A DNA stretch of 64,000 bases, taken from positions 259,903 through 323,902 of the forward strand of contig OY764332.1 in the NCBI GenBank assembly GCA_963668425.1, read 5' to 3'. Of the stretch, positions 36,520-45,871 are shown piece by piece (within the stretch, counting starts at the first letter, position 1; each line of letters starts with the position of its first letter). The translations under genes were made by a program, and so were the position numbers. Under the pieces are notes generated by a model, which saw nothing but the letters and a program-made list of their open reading frames with translations, had not been told where the DNA came from and ran no database searches. Source of the DNA: Minisyncoccota bacterium (GTDB lineage: Bacteria; Patescibacteriota; Minisyncoccia; Phycocordibacterales; JABAAK01).

Positions 36520-37017
36520 AGGTAAAAATATTGGTTTTTAAAAAAAGAAGAAGAAAGGAGGGGGAGTAGCGTGCATAGTAATGCACGCTACGTTGGGATT
36601 CGAAAGGCGGAGGCGGTCTACGATTTTGCGAAGCAGGGCGAAGCAAAATTGTCGCCGAGCCCGGGCAGGAAGTTCTTAGTGAGCGATAGCGAGCTTAGAA
36701 ACTTGACGCCGAATCCCTCCCTCTCCGCAGGTAAAAAATAGTAGTTTTTAAAAAGGAGAGGGAGTAGTGTGCATAGTAATGCACACTACGTTGGGATTTG
36801 AAAGGCGGAGGCGGTCTACGATTTTGCGAAGCAGGGCGAAGCAAAATTGTCGCCGAGCCCGGGCAGGAAGTTCTTAGTGAGCGATAGCGAGCTTAGAAAC
36901 TTGACGCCGAATCCCTCCCTCTCCGCAGGTAAAAAATATTGGTTTTTAAAAAAGGATGGGGAGTAAGGAGGGGGAGTAGTGTGCATAGTAATGCACGCTA
37001 CGTTGGGATTTGATATA
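36503..37017. repeat. Tandem array (2.5 copies, period 198-209 bp) immediately downstream of tRNA-Ser(GCT); each unit ends with a copy of the tRNA 3' terminal about 27 nt
   Basis: gaatccctccctctccgcaggtaaaaa recurs at 36503, 36712 and 36910. Each unit contains a perfect 9-bp palindrome (agcgtgcat-agtaa-atgcacgct) and an SD-like aaaggaggggga followed by GTG. Confidence 0.85.
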
Positions 37018-37022
37018 CCCTG

Positions 37023-37484
37023 TTATAACTCAGATACAAGATGTAGTGCTTCCTGTGCGTGTCCTTGTGCTTGCACACTCTTCCAGTGTTTTACTACTAC
37101 ACCGCTTTCATCTATTAGCACTGTGCTACGGATAATACCCATGGATTTTTTGCCGAATTTGTTTTTTTCTCCCCATGCGCCGTATGCTTCAAGCATTTTG
37201 CCATCTTCATCACTTAATAAATCAATGCTGAGTCCGTGCTTACTACAAAACTGTTTGTGTGATTCAACGGTATCTTTGGAGATACCAAATATACTAGTGT
37301 TGTACTTTTCAAATTCTTCACGTAATGCTGAAAACTCCAACCCTTCGGTTGTACATCCGGGAGTATCGTCTTTTGGATAAAAATATAACACCGCTCGCTT
37401 CCCTACTAAGTTGGTAAGTGACACCATCTCTCCGTTTTGATTTCTTACTGAAAATGTTGGTGCCCTTTCGCCTTCTGTGATCAT
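37023..37484 (-). CDS. bcp: Thiol peroxidase, Bcp-type peroxiredoxin
   Basis: Motif YFYPKDDTPGCTTE (peroxidatic Cys in the T/S-x-x-C context). Start probably MITEGERAPTF. Confidence 0.8.
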   Translation of the reverse strand: MITEGERAPTFSVRNQNGEMVSLTNLVGKRAVLYFYPKDDTPGCTTEGLEFSALREEFEKYNTSIFGISKDTVESHKQFCSKHGLSIDLLSDEDGKMLEAYGAWGEKNKFGKKSMGIIRSTVLIDESGVVVKHWKSVQAQGHAQEALHLVSEL

Positions 37485-37563
37485 TGATGAAAGTGTAGCA
37501 TATTTTCTTGTGCATGTTTGTTGTGCTTGCATGAGAGGTATTTTTACCCTTTATAATGAGGTT

Positions 37564-40293
37564 ATGTTGCTTTTTAATCATAAGACACTTGCCCGTCGCA
37601 TTGTTTTGATTGTGTCTGTTGTTCTTGTTGTGTTTGCTTACTTGACTGATGCCCAGGTGCAGGATGGTGTACACACCCTTGGTTCAACCTCCCCTCCTTC
37701 CTACCCTAGCCACACTTCTGTCTCCTGCAGCGACAATGAGTGCGGTTGCAGTTCACAATCACCATATTGTGCTAGCAGTAGCGTAAAAAAGAGATGTTAC
37801 TGTACAACACGAAATGGCTCATGTGTAAAGGCGTGGAGTACAATATCTTGTTCTAACGGCTGTTCAGATGGCAGGTGTAAATCTCGACCTTCTACTCCTA
37901 CCTACTCCTCTCCTTCTTACTCTTCTCCTTCCTATCCTAGCTACACTTCGGCCTCCTGCACTACCGCACCACAGCCATCGCTTTTTTCCACTCGCCCACA
38001 AAGCACCGGAGCGGTTGCTGACTTTGGTTTCACCAACATCGCGCTATACGACTACCAATCAAAGATTACCACTTCCAGTACCTGTGCTGGTGGCTCCTAC
38101 GCTACACAAACAACCCGATCCAAGAGCTATAGCGGTCTCACCAACGGTAGTACCTACTATGTTTGTCTCAGGCGCAAGAACAAGAGCGGTTCCTGCAACG
38201 ACTGGTCTACGTATCGTAGCGTAAGTGTTGTACCGAGTCGAACCTGTGCCTATCGTGCTGCTTCTTGGTATCCTGCTCCATCTTGTGCAAGTGCTTCTTC
38301 TGTTGCCTGTGGTACTGCTATACCTAACACCACCTCTGACAACTGCCGTAGTGGAACAGATACTGACTGTTCTGCTATAAGTTGTAGTGGTAATGCACCT
38401 ACCAGAACCTGTACTGGTACCGGTACAGCATGTACCGCAGGGCAAACATGCTCTGGAGGGAGATGTGTTACCTCCTGCACTACCGCACCACCAACATTTA
38501 CCATAACTGAAGGTAACACAACACTGAGAGCAACCTTTACATTGGACACGAGAAACTATGATTACGATCGGGCGATAAGTAGTTCTTCTTCAACCTGTGC
38601 TGGTAGTACCTGGAGAATTGAAAGTAATGGCTACCAAAACTACAGTAACCTTACCAACGACACCACCTACTATGTCTGTCTCAGACGCAGAAACAATAGT
38701 GGTTCCTGTATCAGTTGGTCATCTTCTCGTGTAGTCAGTGGTACACCTTCTGCTCCTTCCTCTCCTCCTTCCTATCCTAGCTACACTTCTGTCTCTTGCA
38801 GCGACAATGAATGCGGTTGCGATTCACAATCACCATGGTGTGCTAGCAGTAGCGTGAAAAAGAGATGTTACTGTACAACACGAAGTGGCTCATGTGTAAA
38901 GGCATGGAGTACAATATCTTGTTCTAACGGTTGTTCAGGTGGTAGGTGTAAATCTCGACCTTCTTCTCCTTCTGGCTCTTCGTGTACTGCTGTTAACGGA
39001 GGATGGTCTACTTGGAGTTACTGTAGGTGTACTCCCAGTACCTCTGATGCTTCTACTGTAGGTGAGCAGACTCGTCGCTGTAACAATCCTTCTCCTTCTT
39101 GTGGTGGATCCTCATGTTCAGGTCGCTCTTATCGCAGTTGTAATACTTCAGGGTGTGCTGTCCCTTTTAGAAGATGTAGTAGCTGTGTAGGAGGGACAAC
39201 TACATGTTCAGGCAATAAAGTCGTATCTTCGGGTTGGAAGAGTGCATATGATAATTCGGACTGTGGAGGTTGTGGGAAGAGTACTACCTGCTCTAACGGT
39301 TGTTCAGGTGGCAGTTGTAAATTGGGCTCCTGTAAGACTGGACACGTCCTGGATAACGGTGCCTGTTGGTCTTCATGGAGTTACTGTGCTTGCACTTCCG
39401 ACAAATCTGATTCTGCTACAAGTGGTGTACGGTACCGTCACTGTCGCAGTGGTGCTTGCCAGGGATCCCAAACTAAATCCTGTACTGTCTCAGGAGGGCT
39501 GTGTTCTACTTCCACTTCTCCTTCTAACACCGGAATCTGGTCTGATTGGTCTCGTTGTGGGTGTACCTATGATAAAAGTGATTCTGCTACAAGTGGTGTA
39601 CGGTCCCGTACTTGTATTGGTGGTCGTTCTTGCGTTGGTGATACTTATGAATATTGTACCACCTCAGGGTGTGCTGTCTCTTCTTCTCCCACCTACTCTT
39701 CTCCTACCTATTCTACCTCTGGTTCCTGTAGGAGTAACAGTGATTGTGGCGGTGATACGTGCTCTGGAGGAGTGTGTTGGGTTTGTGTAAAGTGCAATAC
39801 ATGTACACATGGGTACGATTGTACACGGAAGTCTGGGTCATCATCTCCTTCCTACTCTTCTCCTTCCTATTCTCCAACGTATTCACCAACATACTCCCCT
39901 ACGTATTCTCCAACGTATTCACCAACCTACTCCTCTCCTACCTATCCTTCTTACTCTTCTTCTTGTTGTCATTGGCATAGGGGAGGGATAACAAGATCAT
40001 GCTCTTCTACTAGGTCGTCCGAACACAACCACCCAGGTAGTGGACGTTCGGATTGTAATCACGTAAGCCACAACAATCTCACCTCCCCTCCTTCCTATCC
40101 TTCTTACTCCTCTCCTACCTACTCCTCTCCTACCTACTCTTCTCCTACCTACTCTTCTCCTTCCTATCCTTCCTATTCTCCTAGTTCCTGTAGCAGTAAC
40201 AGTGATTGTAGTGATATATGCTCTAGCGGGGTGTGTTGGGCTTGTACAAAGTGCAGTACATGTACACATGGGTGGGATTGTAAACGGGAGTGA
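37564..40293 (+). CDS. Giant secreted Cys-rich TSP1-repeat protein, paralog of 2305..7216. Likely start MLLFNHKTLARRIVLIVSVVLVVFAYL, about 910 aa
   Basis: It shares long blocks with gene 1 (CTTAPQPSLFSTRPQ...YYVCLRRKNK..., SCSDNECGCSSQSPYCASSSVKKRCYCTTR..., CCHWH C-terminal motif). TSP1-like units WSTWSYCRCTPSTSDASTVGEQTRRCNNPSPSCGG. Ser/Pro/Thr/Tyr heptad-like linkers (YSPTYSPTYSPTYS). Two C-terminal CWxCxKCxTCTHGxDC knots. Confidence 0.7.
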   Translation: MLLFNHKTLARRIVLIVSVVLVVFAYLTDAQVQDGVHTLGSTSPPSYPSHTSVSCSDNECGCSSQSPYCASSSVKKRCYCTTRNGSCVKAWSTISCSNGCSDGRCKSRPSTPTYSSPSYSSPSYPSYTSASCTTAPQPSLFSTRPQSTGAVADFGFTNIALYDYQSKITTSSTCAGGSYATQTTRSKSYSGLTNGSTYYVCLRRKNKSGSCNDWSTYRSVSVVPSRTCAYRAASWYPAPSCASASSVACGTAIPNTTSDNCRSGTDTDCSAISCSGNAPTRTCTGTGTACTAGQTCSGGRCVTSCTTAPPTFTITEGNTTLRATFTLDTRNYDYDRAISSSSSTCAGSTWRIESNGYQNYSNLTNDTTYYVCLRRRNNSGSCISWSSSRVVSGTPSAPSSPPSYPSYTSVSCSDNECGCDSQSPWCASSSVKKRCYCTTRSGSCVKAWSTISCSNGCSGGRCKSRPSSPSGSSCTAVNGGWSTWSYCRCTPSTSDASTVGEQTRRCNNPSPSCGGSSCSGRSYRSCNTSGCAVPFRRCSSCVGGTTTCSGNKVVSSGWKSAYDNSDCGGCGKSTTCSNGCSGGSCKLGSCKTGHVLDNGACWSSWSYCACTSDKSDSATSGVRYRHCRSGACQGSQTKSCTVSGGLCSTSTSPSNTGIWSDWSRCGCTYDKSDSATSGVRSRTCIGGRSCVGDTYEYCTTSGCAVSSSPTYSSPTYSTSGSCRSNSDCGGDTCSGGVCWVCVKCNTCTHGYDCTRKSGSSSPSYSSPSYSPTYSPTYSPTYSPTYSPTYSSPTYPSYSSSCCHWHRGGITRSCSSTRSSEHNHPGSGRSDCNHVSHNNLTSPPSYPSYSSPTYSSPTYSSPTYSSPSYPSYSPSSCSSNSDCSDICSSGVCWACTKCSTCTHGWDCKRE

Positions 40294-40554
40294 CAATGGG
40301 ATGCATAGGGGGTGGGTGGACATTGGGGTATCGAGGTATAAGTGCTTCCGTTCCTTGTTCTTGTTAAGGACATATTGTGGTTTTTGTGATTGATATACTT
40401 GTAGTATTTTATTAAAAGTTTTACCACTTAGAAGGTGATACTTAAGAATGTTGTGGCTGTATTGCTTTGAAAAAAAGAACTGTCCAGCGTGGCGTTGTTC
40501 GTTTTTGTTGTGCTTGCATGAGAGGTACTTAGTGGTGGTGTACAATTTAGTCAT

Positions 40555-40626
40555 CTCCCCGTAGTTTAACGGATAGAACGCGGGCTTGCGGAGCTCGAAA
40601 TGTAGGTTCGATTCCTGCCGGGGAGG
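40555..40626 (+). tRNA. tRNA, anticodon apparently GCG (Arg)
   Basis: Hand fold: acceptor CTCCCCG/CGGGGAG, anticodon stem CGGGC/GCTCG, loop TTGCGGA, T-loop TTCGATT. The GCG anticodon is unusual for bacteria, so treat the isotype as provisional. Confidence 0.55.
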
Positions 40627-40644
40627 CAAGATGGGGTTATAGTT

Positions 40645-41090
40645 ATTTTTTACCTGCGGAGAGGGAGGGATTCGGCGTCAAGTTTCTAAGCTCGCTATCG
40701 CTCACTAAGAACTTCCTGCCCGGGCTCGGCGACAATTTTGCTTCGCCCTGCTTCGCAAAATCGTAGACCGCCTCCGCCTTTCGAATCCCAACGTAGCGTG
40801 CATTACTATGCACGCTACTCCCCCTCCTTTCTTCTTCTTTTTTTAAAAACCAATATTTTTACCTGCGGAGAGGGAGGGATTCGGCGTCAAGTTTCTAAGC
40901 TCGCTATCGCTCACTAAGAACTTCCTGCCCGGGCTCGGCGACAATTTTGCTTCGCCCTGCTTCGCAAAATCGTAGACCGCCTCCGCCTTTCGAATCCCAA
41001 CGTAGCGTGCATTACTATGCACGCTACTCCCCCTCCTTTCTTCTTCTTTTTTTAAAAACCAATATTTTTACCTGCGGAGAGGGAGGGATT
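40645..41090. repeat. Inverted copy of the about 209-bp tandem repeat array (2 units), downstream of tRNA-Ser(CGA) on the minus strand
   Basis: The reverse complement of the 36503..36920 units. acctgcggagagggagggattcggcgtcaag recurs at 40652 and 40861. Confidence 0.85.
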
Positions 41091-41165
41091 CGAACCCTCG
41101 ATACGAGTTTGAAATCGTATACCAGTTTTCGAGACCGGCGCTTTCAACCACTCAGCCACCCCTCC
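41075..41165 (-). tRNA. tRNA-Ser(CGA), long variable arm
   Basis: Minus-strand fold: acceptor GGAGGGG/CCTCTCC (one GU pair), anticodon loop CUCGAAA, variable hairpin GATACGA/TCGTATC, T-loop GGTTCGAATCC. Confidence 0.8.
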
Positions 41166-41188
41166 AGTGTGTATGATAGCGTACTTGA

Positions 41189-42259
41189 TTATTGCTTTTC
41201 TTGTTTTTCTGTGGCGATTTTCTCTAATGATTGTATTACTGCTTCGTTGGTGAGTAGTGAGGTGACATAGGTGTGGATTTGGTCATCATCCATATCGGTT
41301 TGTTTTTTCTTGAAGCGCTCAACCTCTTTTTGCACTTCATCTATGTTAGCGTGTATGTTTTCTTGTGTGCTTACGGCATTCATGATGAGTTGTATTTTTG
41401 CTCGTTTCCTTGCATCATCCCGCAACTGTTCCCATAACTTCCCTTCTGACATGTTTTGTGCTTTGAGGTATTCCTCTATTGTGGTATTAAAATGGCTTGC
41501 TTGTGATTTCATTTCTTCATATGCTCGCTTACTCTCCTCTTCAATCATTATCTCCGGTATAGTGATGGTAGTATTCTCCGCAATGGTATCTATTATTTTT
41601 TGTCGAAATAGTGCCCGTGCTTGCAGTGCTTTTTCCTGTGTTATGGATTCCTGTATTCCTTTTTTAAAGCTTTCTATGTCTTTATGCTGTTGCGATATCT
41701 CTTGTATATATATATCGGTGAGCTCTGGCAAATCGTCTTCGTCTTTTGGAAAATCTTTTTCTGGGTGTGCTTTTTTATATAATCCCTTTCGTACATCCAG
41801 TAATACCTGTTGCACTTCGTCATCGGTCGCACTTTTCGGCTCTTCTGGCTTTTCTATTTTCTGTAAGAGATCTTTATACTCTGGCAGGGTTACTTCTGGC
41901 ATTACATAGAATTGAATTTGAAATGAAACATTACCCTTGTCAGCAATACTTGTTATTTGGAGTTGTGGCTGCCCTAGCGGCACCACTCCCTCTCCTGCTA
42001 CTATTTCGGCAAAGTGTTTTGTTATTACTTCTTGCGCGCCTTGTCGCCAAACCTCCAGCGACCCAACTTCTCGCTCTACAACTTCTGTCGGAGCGGTTCC
42101 TTCTCTGAATCCATCTATTTTTTTATTTTTTCCGATTTTTTGCAATACTTCACTATATACTTTGCTGATCATGTCTTTCGGCACCACACCTTCAATTTTG
42201 GTGTGTGCTTTTTTGCTGTCTTTTTGTGTTTGTATTGAAAATTGTTCTTGTGTAGTCAT
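41189..42259 (-). CDS. tig: Trigger factor, short form
   Basis: N-terminal ribosome-binding signature KKIDGFREGTAP (consensus GFRxGxxP). The acidic, helical remainder is consistent with a reduced Tig. Confidence 0.55.
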   Translation of the reverse strand: MTTQEQFSIQTQKDSKKAHTKIEGVVPKDMISKVYSEVLQKIGKNKKIDGFREGTAPTEVVEREVGSLEVWRQGAQEVITKHFAEIVAGEGVVPLGQPQLQITSIADKGNVSFQIQFYVMPEVTLPEYKDLLQKIEKPEEPKSATDDEVQQVLLDVRKGLYKKAHPEKDFPKDEDDLPELTDIYIQEISQQHKDIESFKKGIQESITQEKALQARALFRQKIIDTIAENTTITIPEIMIEEESKRAYEEMKSQASHFNTTIEEYLKAQNMSEGKLWEQLRDDARKRAKIQLIMNAVSTQENIHANIDEVQKEVERFKKKQTDMDDDQIHTYVTSLLTNEAVIQSLEKIATEKQEKQ

Positions 42260-42265
42260 GATGTT

Positions 42266-42634
42266 TTATTCTTCCCTGATTGGTAAAATTTCCATTTCAA
42301 GTTTTTTCAGTTTTTCTTGATTTTTTTCCCCTGACTGTAGTAATGTATCTATTATTCTCACTGCCTCGTCATTGGTCAGATTTTCATAGAGTATGGTGCC
42401 TTGTGGTGCTATGTCCTTGTTTCCCGGTAATCCTTCTACCACAATACTTTTCTGTGCTCGTTCATCTCTTGTCTCTCTACTATCACTGAGAATTTTCTTT
42501 ATTGCATTATATGCCATTGCGACAATGATCAATACTATCAATATCATTGCGAAAATCGCACCATATGTTGAGCTGTTTTTCTGGCTACCCTCCATAATCG
42601 CACGATACACTGTTCTGTTAGTTTGTGCAACCAC
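42266..42634 (-). CDS. Hypothetical membrane-anchored protein (122 aa)
   Basis: ORF with one TM helix. Codon usage matches its neighbours. Confidence 0.35.
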   Translation of the reverse strand: MVAQTNRTVYRAIMEGSQKNSSTYGAIFAMILIVLIIVAMAYNAIKKILSDSRETRDERAQKSIVVEGLPGNKDIAPQGTILYENLTNDEAVRIIDTLLQSGEKNQEKLKKLEMEILPIREE

Positions 42635-42652
42635 GCACTACCCTAACCCCAC

Positions 42653-43300
42653 TTAACGATTTTGTGTTATTGAGTTTATCTTGGTGTAGAGTAGTGCTAT
42701 CTCTTTTCTTAGTGCGTATGACTCCTCCTGTATTTCATTCAGATCACTAATAATACCCTTTCTGTTGATGTGATGGAGTAGCCACTCAGTAAATGAAGTG
42801 TAGAGATTATACTTTTCAACTACCGCATAGCTAAGGGTCGCATCGTTTTCTATGTGTGGGAAAATTGCTATTTTTAACCTCTCTGCTTCAGTATTATGTT
42901 GATCTATCTCCTCTCGGTAGCCATTTTCCAGTTTTTTGGGAAATTTCTCAATAAGGGTATATAGTATTTGTGTTAATTCGTTGTTTTCTCTTATTCCCTG
43001 CGCGATTCGTACTCGGTATTCGTCAACATCCTGTATGTAATTATATGCACCTTCCGGCACTTGTTTTCTCACCTTCCCAAAGAGTGATGAGAGTAATACG
43101 TTGTAATCCTTTTCTGCTATAGATATAATCAGTTGACTATCTGTTACACGTGTTTCTGCGGCAACGTGCCAGAGCGGAAATGATACTGCTACAATGCACA
43201 ATAGTATTGTTATTAATAGCACTAATGCATCAGCTTTACCACCGCTTTTTCTTGTTCCAAGATTTTCATCAATACTATTGTTCTGTGGTGTAAAATACAT
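42653..43300 (-). CDS. Hypothetical membrane-anchored protein (215 aa)
   Basis: ORF with an N-terminal TM segment (ALVLLITILLCIVAVSFPLW). Confidence 0.4.
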   Translation of the reverse strand: MYFTPQNNSIDENLGTRKSGGKADALVLLITILLCIVAVSFPLWHVAAETRVTDSQLIISIAEKDYNVLLSSLFGKVRKQVPEGAYNYIQDVDEYRVRIAQGIRENNELTQILYTLIEKFPKKLENGYREEIDQHNTEAERLKIAIFPHIENDATLSYAVVEKYNLYTSFTEWLLHHINRKGIISDLNEIQEESYALRKEIALLYTKINSITQNR

Positions 43301-43303
43301 ATG

Positions 43304-43840
43304 TTAATCTTGCTTATTGAATTTTTCTTTGTACATCCTACGTGACCGCTCAAATGCTTCTTTTGCTTCTTTTGCTGTGCCAACACCCTGTATTTCTACT
43401 GCCTTGTTTTGAATCTTTTTGTAGGTTTCAAAGAAGTGTTGTATCTCTTTTATTGTGTGTTTGTTCACATCATTAATATCTTGCACTTCACTAAAGCGTG
43501 GATCATTTGCTGGCACGCTGAGAATCTTATCGTCGCTTTCTCCATCATCTATCATTTTGAAAATGCCAACTGGTCGCACAGGAACGAGAATACCGGGATA
43601 TAGCGGGTAGGTAGTAATGACAGCAATATCCAGTGCGTCGTCGTCGTCCCATAAGGTTTGTGGGACAAATCCATAGTCAACTGGATAATCTTGAGCGGTA
43701 TGCATCGCACGATCAAGTGCAATGATGCCTGTCTCTTTGTCTATCTCATATTTGTTCTTTGATCCACATGGTATCTCTATAATGGCGTGCATTACATCGG
43801 CATTACCGGGATCAATATCGTGTAATAAATTCATACACAC
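43304..43840 (-). CDS. ppa: Inorganic pyrophosphatase (family I)
   Basis: Motifs EIPCGSKNKYEID and DDDALD... typical of soluble PPase. Confidence 0.85.
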   Translation of the reverse strand: MCMNLLHDIDPGNADVMHAIIEIPCGSKNKYEIDKETGIIALDRAMHTAQDYPVDYGFVPQTLWDDDDALDIAVITTYPLYPGILVPVRPVGIFKMIDDGESDDKILSVPANDPRFSEVQDINDVNKHTIKEIQHFFETYKKIQNKAVEIQGVGTAKEAKEAFERSRRMYKEKFNKQD

Positions 43841-43978
43841 TTATATTTACTCTTCCATTGTACCCTAAAAAATATATTGTGCAAGCGGGTCATTCTCTTG
43901 CCTCTTTGGTATTTTTTTATCCATATTTTTGACTTTTTTTTCTTATGTGATTTTGTTTTTTGATGCCGCTGCTGGTGT

Positions 43979-45292
43979 CTACTCTTTATCACTCATCTCT
44001 TTTTCAATATCCTTAGTATCTGTTATTTCTTCTGTTTCGGTACGTTCGTTGTCCTTGCTGCCCGTTACTTCTTCCACTTCAGCATGTTCGTTGTCCTTTG
44101 TTATTTTTTCGCCTTCGTTATTTTCTCTTCTCTGCTCTTGATTATCTCTTTTAAATATTGTTATCTCTCCTTCTTGTGTTGCTTGTGCTATCTCGGTGCC
44201 GTTTGGGTCGGTAATGACAATTTTCCAGCCGGTGAGTTTTGATGCAAGTTTTAGGTTTTGCCCGCCACGTCCGATGGCGACTGGTATTTGATCATCGCTT
44301 GTTTTTACTAACGCTCTTTTTTCTTTCTCATTGATATTTACTTCCATTACTTCTGCCGGCAGCAACGCTTCGCCGATAAATTCTGCTATATTACTCGGCC
44401 AGTTGATGATGTCAATTTGTTCACCGTTTAGTTCACTCTTTACCGTCATTACTCGCACTCCTCGTTGCCCGACAAATGCTCCTACAGGGTCTACTGACGT
44501 ACTTTTGCTTTCAACCGCTACTTTAGTGCGGACACCTGGGTCTCGTGCAATTGCTTTTATTTCAAGCACTCCTTCAGTGAGTTCTGGCACTTCTGTTTCA
44601 AACAGTCGTATTACAAATCGTTCGTCAGATCGAGATAGTCGCACGAAGCCACCGCTACGTCGCTCGGTGTTTATTGATTGCACAAATGCCCGAATAGTGT
44701 CTCCCTGATTAAATCGTTCGCCGCGAATCTGTTCTGAGAATGGTAGTATTGCCACAGTTCTTCCGAGATCTATAAACACGTTCCCTCGTTCAATGCGTTG
44801 CACCTGTCCGTGTACCAATTTCCCTTCTTTTCCTTGAAATTCTGTCATCGCCGCCTCTCGTTCTGCTTCGTGTATTTTTTGGGTAATTGCCTGCCGTGCT
44901 GACTGTGCTGCAATTCTACCGAAATTAGTTTTTGATTCTAAAGGAAACAAAATTTCTTCGCCCTGTGTGACACCTTGTCGCACTAATTGTGCATCATCTA
45001 CCATCATATGTCGTTCAGGGTTAAATCGTACCCGCTCTTCACCTTCTTCTTTTGGTGTTTCGTCTTCTGGTAGTATGTGTGCCTCATCCAACACCTGCTT
45101 TACCTGAAAAAAATTTGCATCTCCGCTTTCTTGATTGATTCTGCATCGGATGATTTGGTCATTTTTACCGTATTCTCGCTTATATGCTGTTGCGAATGCT
45201 ATTTCAAGTGCTTCCCATAGGGCATTTTCCGGTAAGTGTCGTGCTTCTGCTATTTGTTGTACAACTGTTTTTATTTCTTTGATGTCAAACAT
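43979..45292 (-). CDS. nusA: Transcription termination/antitermination factor NusA with an acidic C-terminal tail
   Basis: N-terminal domain, S1 (GEILFPLES...), two KH domains (GQRGVRV..., IGRGGQNLKLAS). Confidence 0.85.
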   Translation of the reverse strand: MFDIKEIKTVVQQIAEARHLPENALWEALEIAFATAYKREYGKNDQIIRCRINQESGDANFFQVKQVLDEAHILPEDETPKEEGEERVRFNPERHMMVDDAQLVRQGVTQGEEILFPLESKTNFGRIAAQSARQAITQKIHEAEREAAMTEFQGKEGKLVHGQVQRIERGNVFIDLGRTVAILPFSEQIRGERFNQGDTIRAFVQSINTERRSGGFVRLSRSDERFVIRLFETEVPELTEGVLEIKAIARDPGVRTKVAVESKSTSVDPVGAFVGQRGVRVMTVKSELNGEQIDIINWPSNIAEFIGEALLPAEVMEVNINEKEKRALVKTSDDQIPVAIGRGGQNLKLASKLTGWKIVITDPNGTEIAQATQEGEITIFKRDNQEQRRENNEGEKITKDNEHAEVEEVTGSKDNERTETEEITDTKDIEKEMSDKE

Positions 45293-45595
45293 GGTATTTC
45301 TTTCTTACTAGTTGCCGATTCTTAATAAAAAATTCCGCCCAAGGCGGAATACTTACATCAGATGTTACAAGTATATCTCTTTTCCCCTGCTGTGTCAACT
45401 GACCTTTCCACTGTATCGTTGCATATATGACACTCTTTTTTCTACAATGTTATACTGCTCCTGTGGCAGATATATACTAGAAAATATATTCTGTACGCTT
45501 GTCCATTTCGCGAGATATATGCGTAGAGCATATACTCATTTGTTCGTAGCACAAACAAAATAAAAGGTGTTTTCTTTTGTTTGTTTGCTCACTAT

Positions 45596-45666
45596 GCGAG
45601 TATAGTTTAGTGGTAGAACGCGGCCTTGCCATGGCTGAGACGGGAGTTCGATTCTCCCTACTCGCA
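45596..45666 (+). tRNA. tRNA-Gly(GCC)
   Basis: Hand fold: acceptor GCGAGTA/TACTCGC, anticodon loop TTGCCAT, T-arm GGGAG-TTCGATT-CTCCC. Confidence 0.85.
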
Positions 45667-45871
45667 CTCTGGAATAATAGATGATGCATCCCTAACAAAC
45701 CTTTTAATCAATAAAAGCACGCCTTTTGAAAGTGTGAGTAAAATTACATCACACAATCTTTCCGCTCCACTCCTATACCAAAAGGTTTTTTGCCTACTAT
45801 GAATTTTAGAATTTTATATAAAACCTGAAAAATGGCAAAGGTTGCGTTTATATTTTAATTTGTATCCTGTC

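Noticed and set aside
36410-36646. 78-aa ORF on the minus strand, and its twin at 40947..41270 (plus strand)
   Set aside because: Both lie antisense across tRNA-Ser and the 200-bp tandem repeat arrays. Their identical translation reflects the repeat, not coding potential.
39997-40629. 210-aa minus-strand ORF
   Set aside because: It is antisense to the 3' end of giant gene 2 and to tRNA(GCG). Arg/Gly-rich nonsense produced by the PTYS-linker DNA on the opposite strand.
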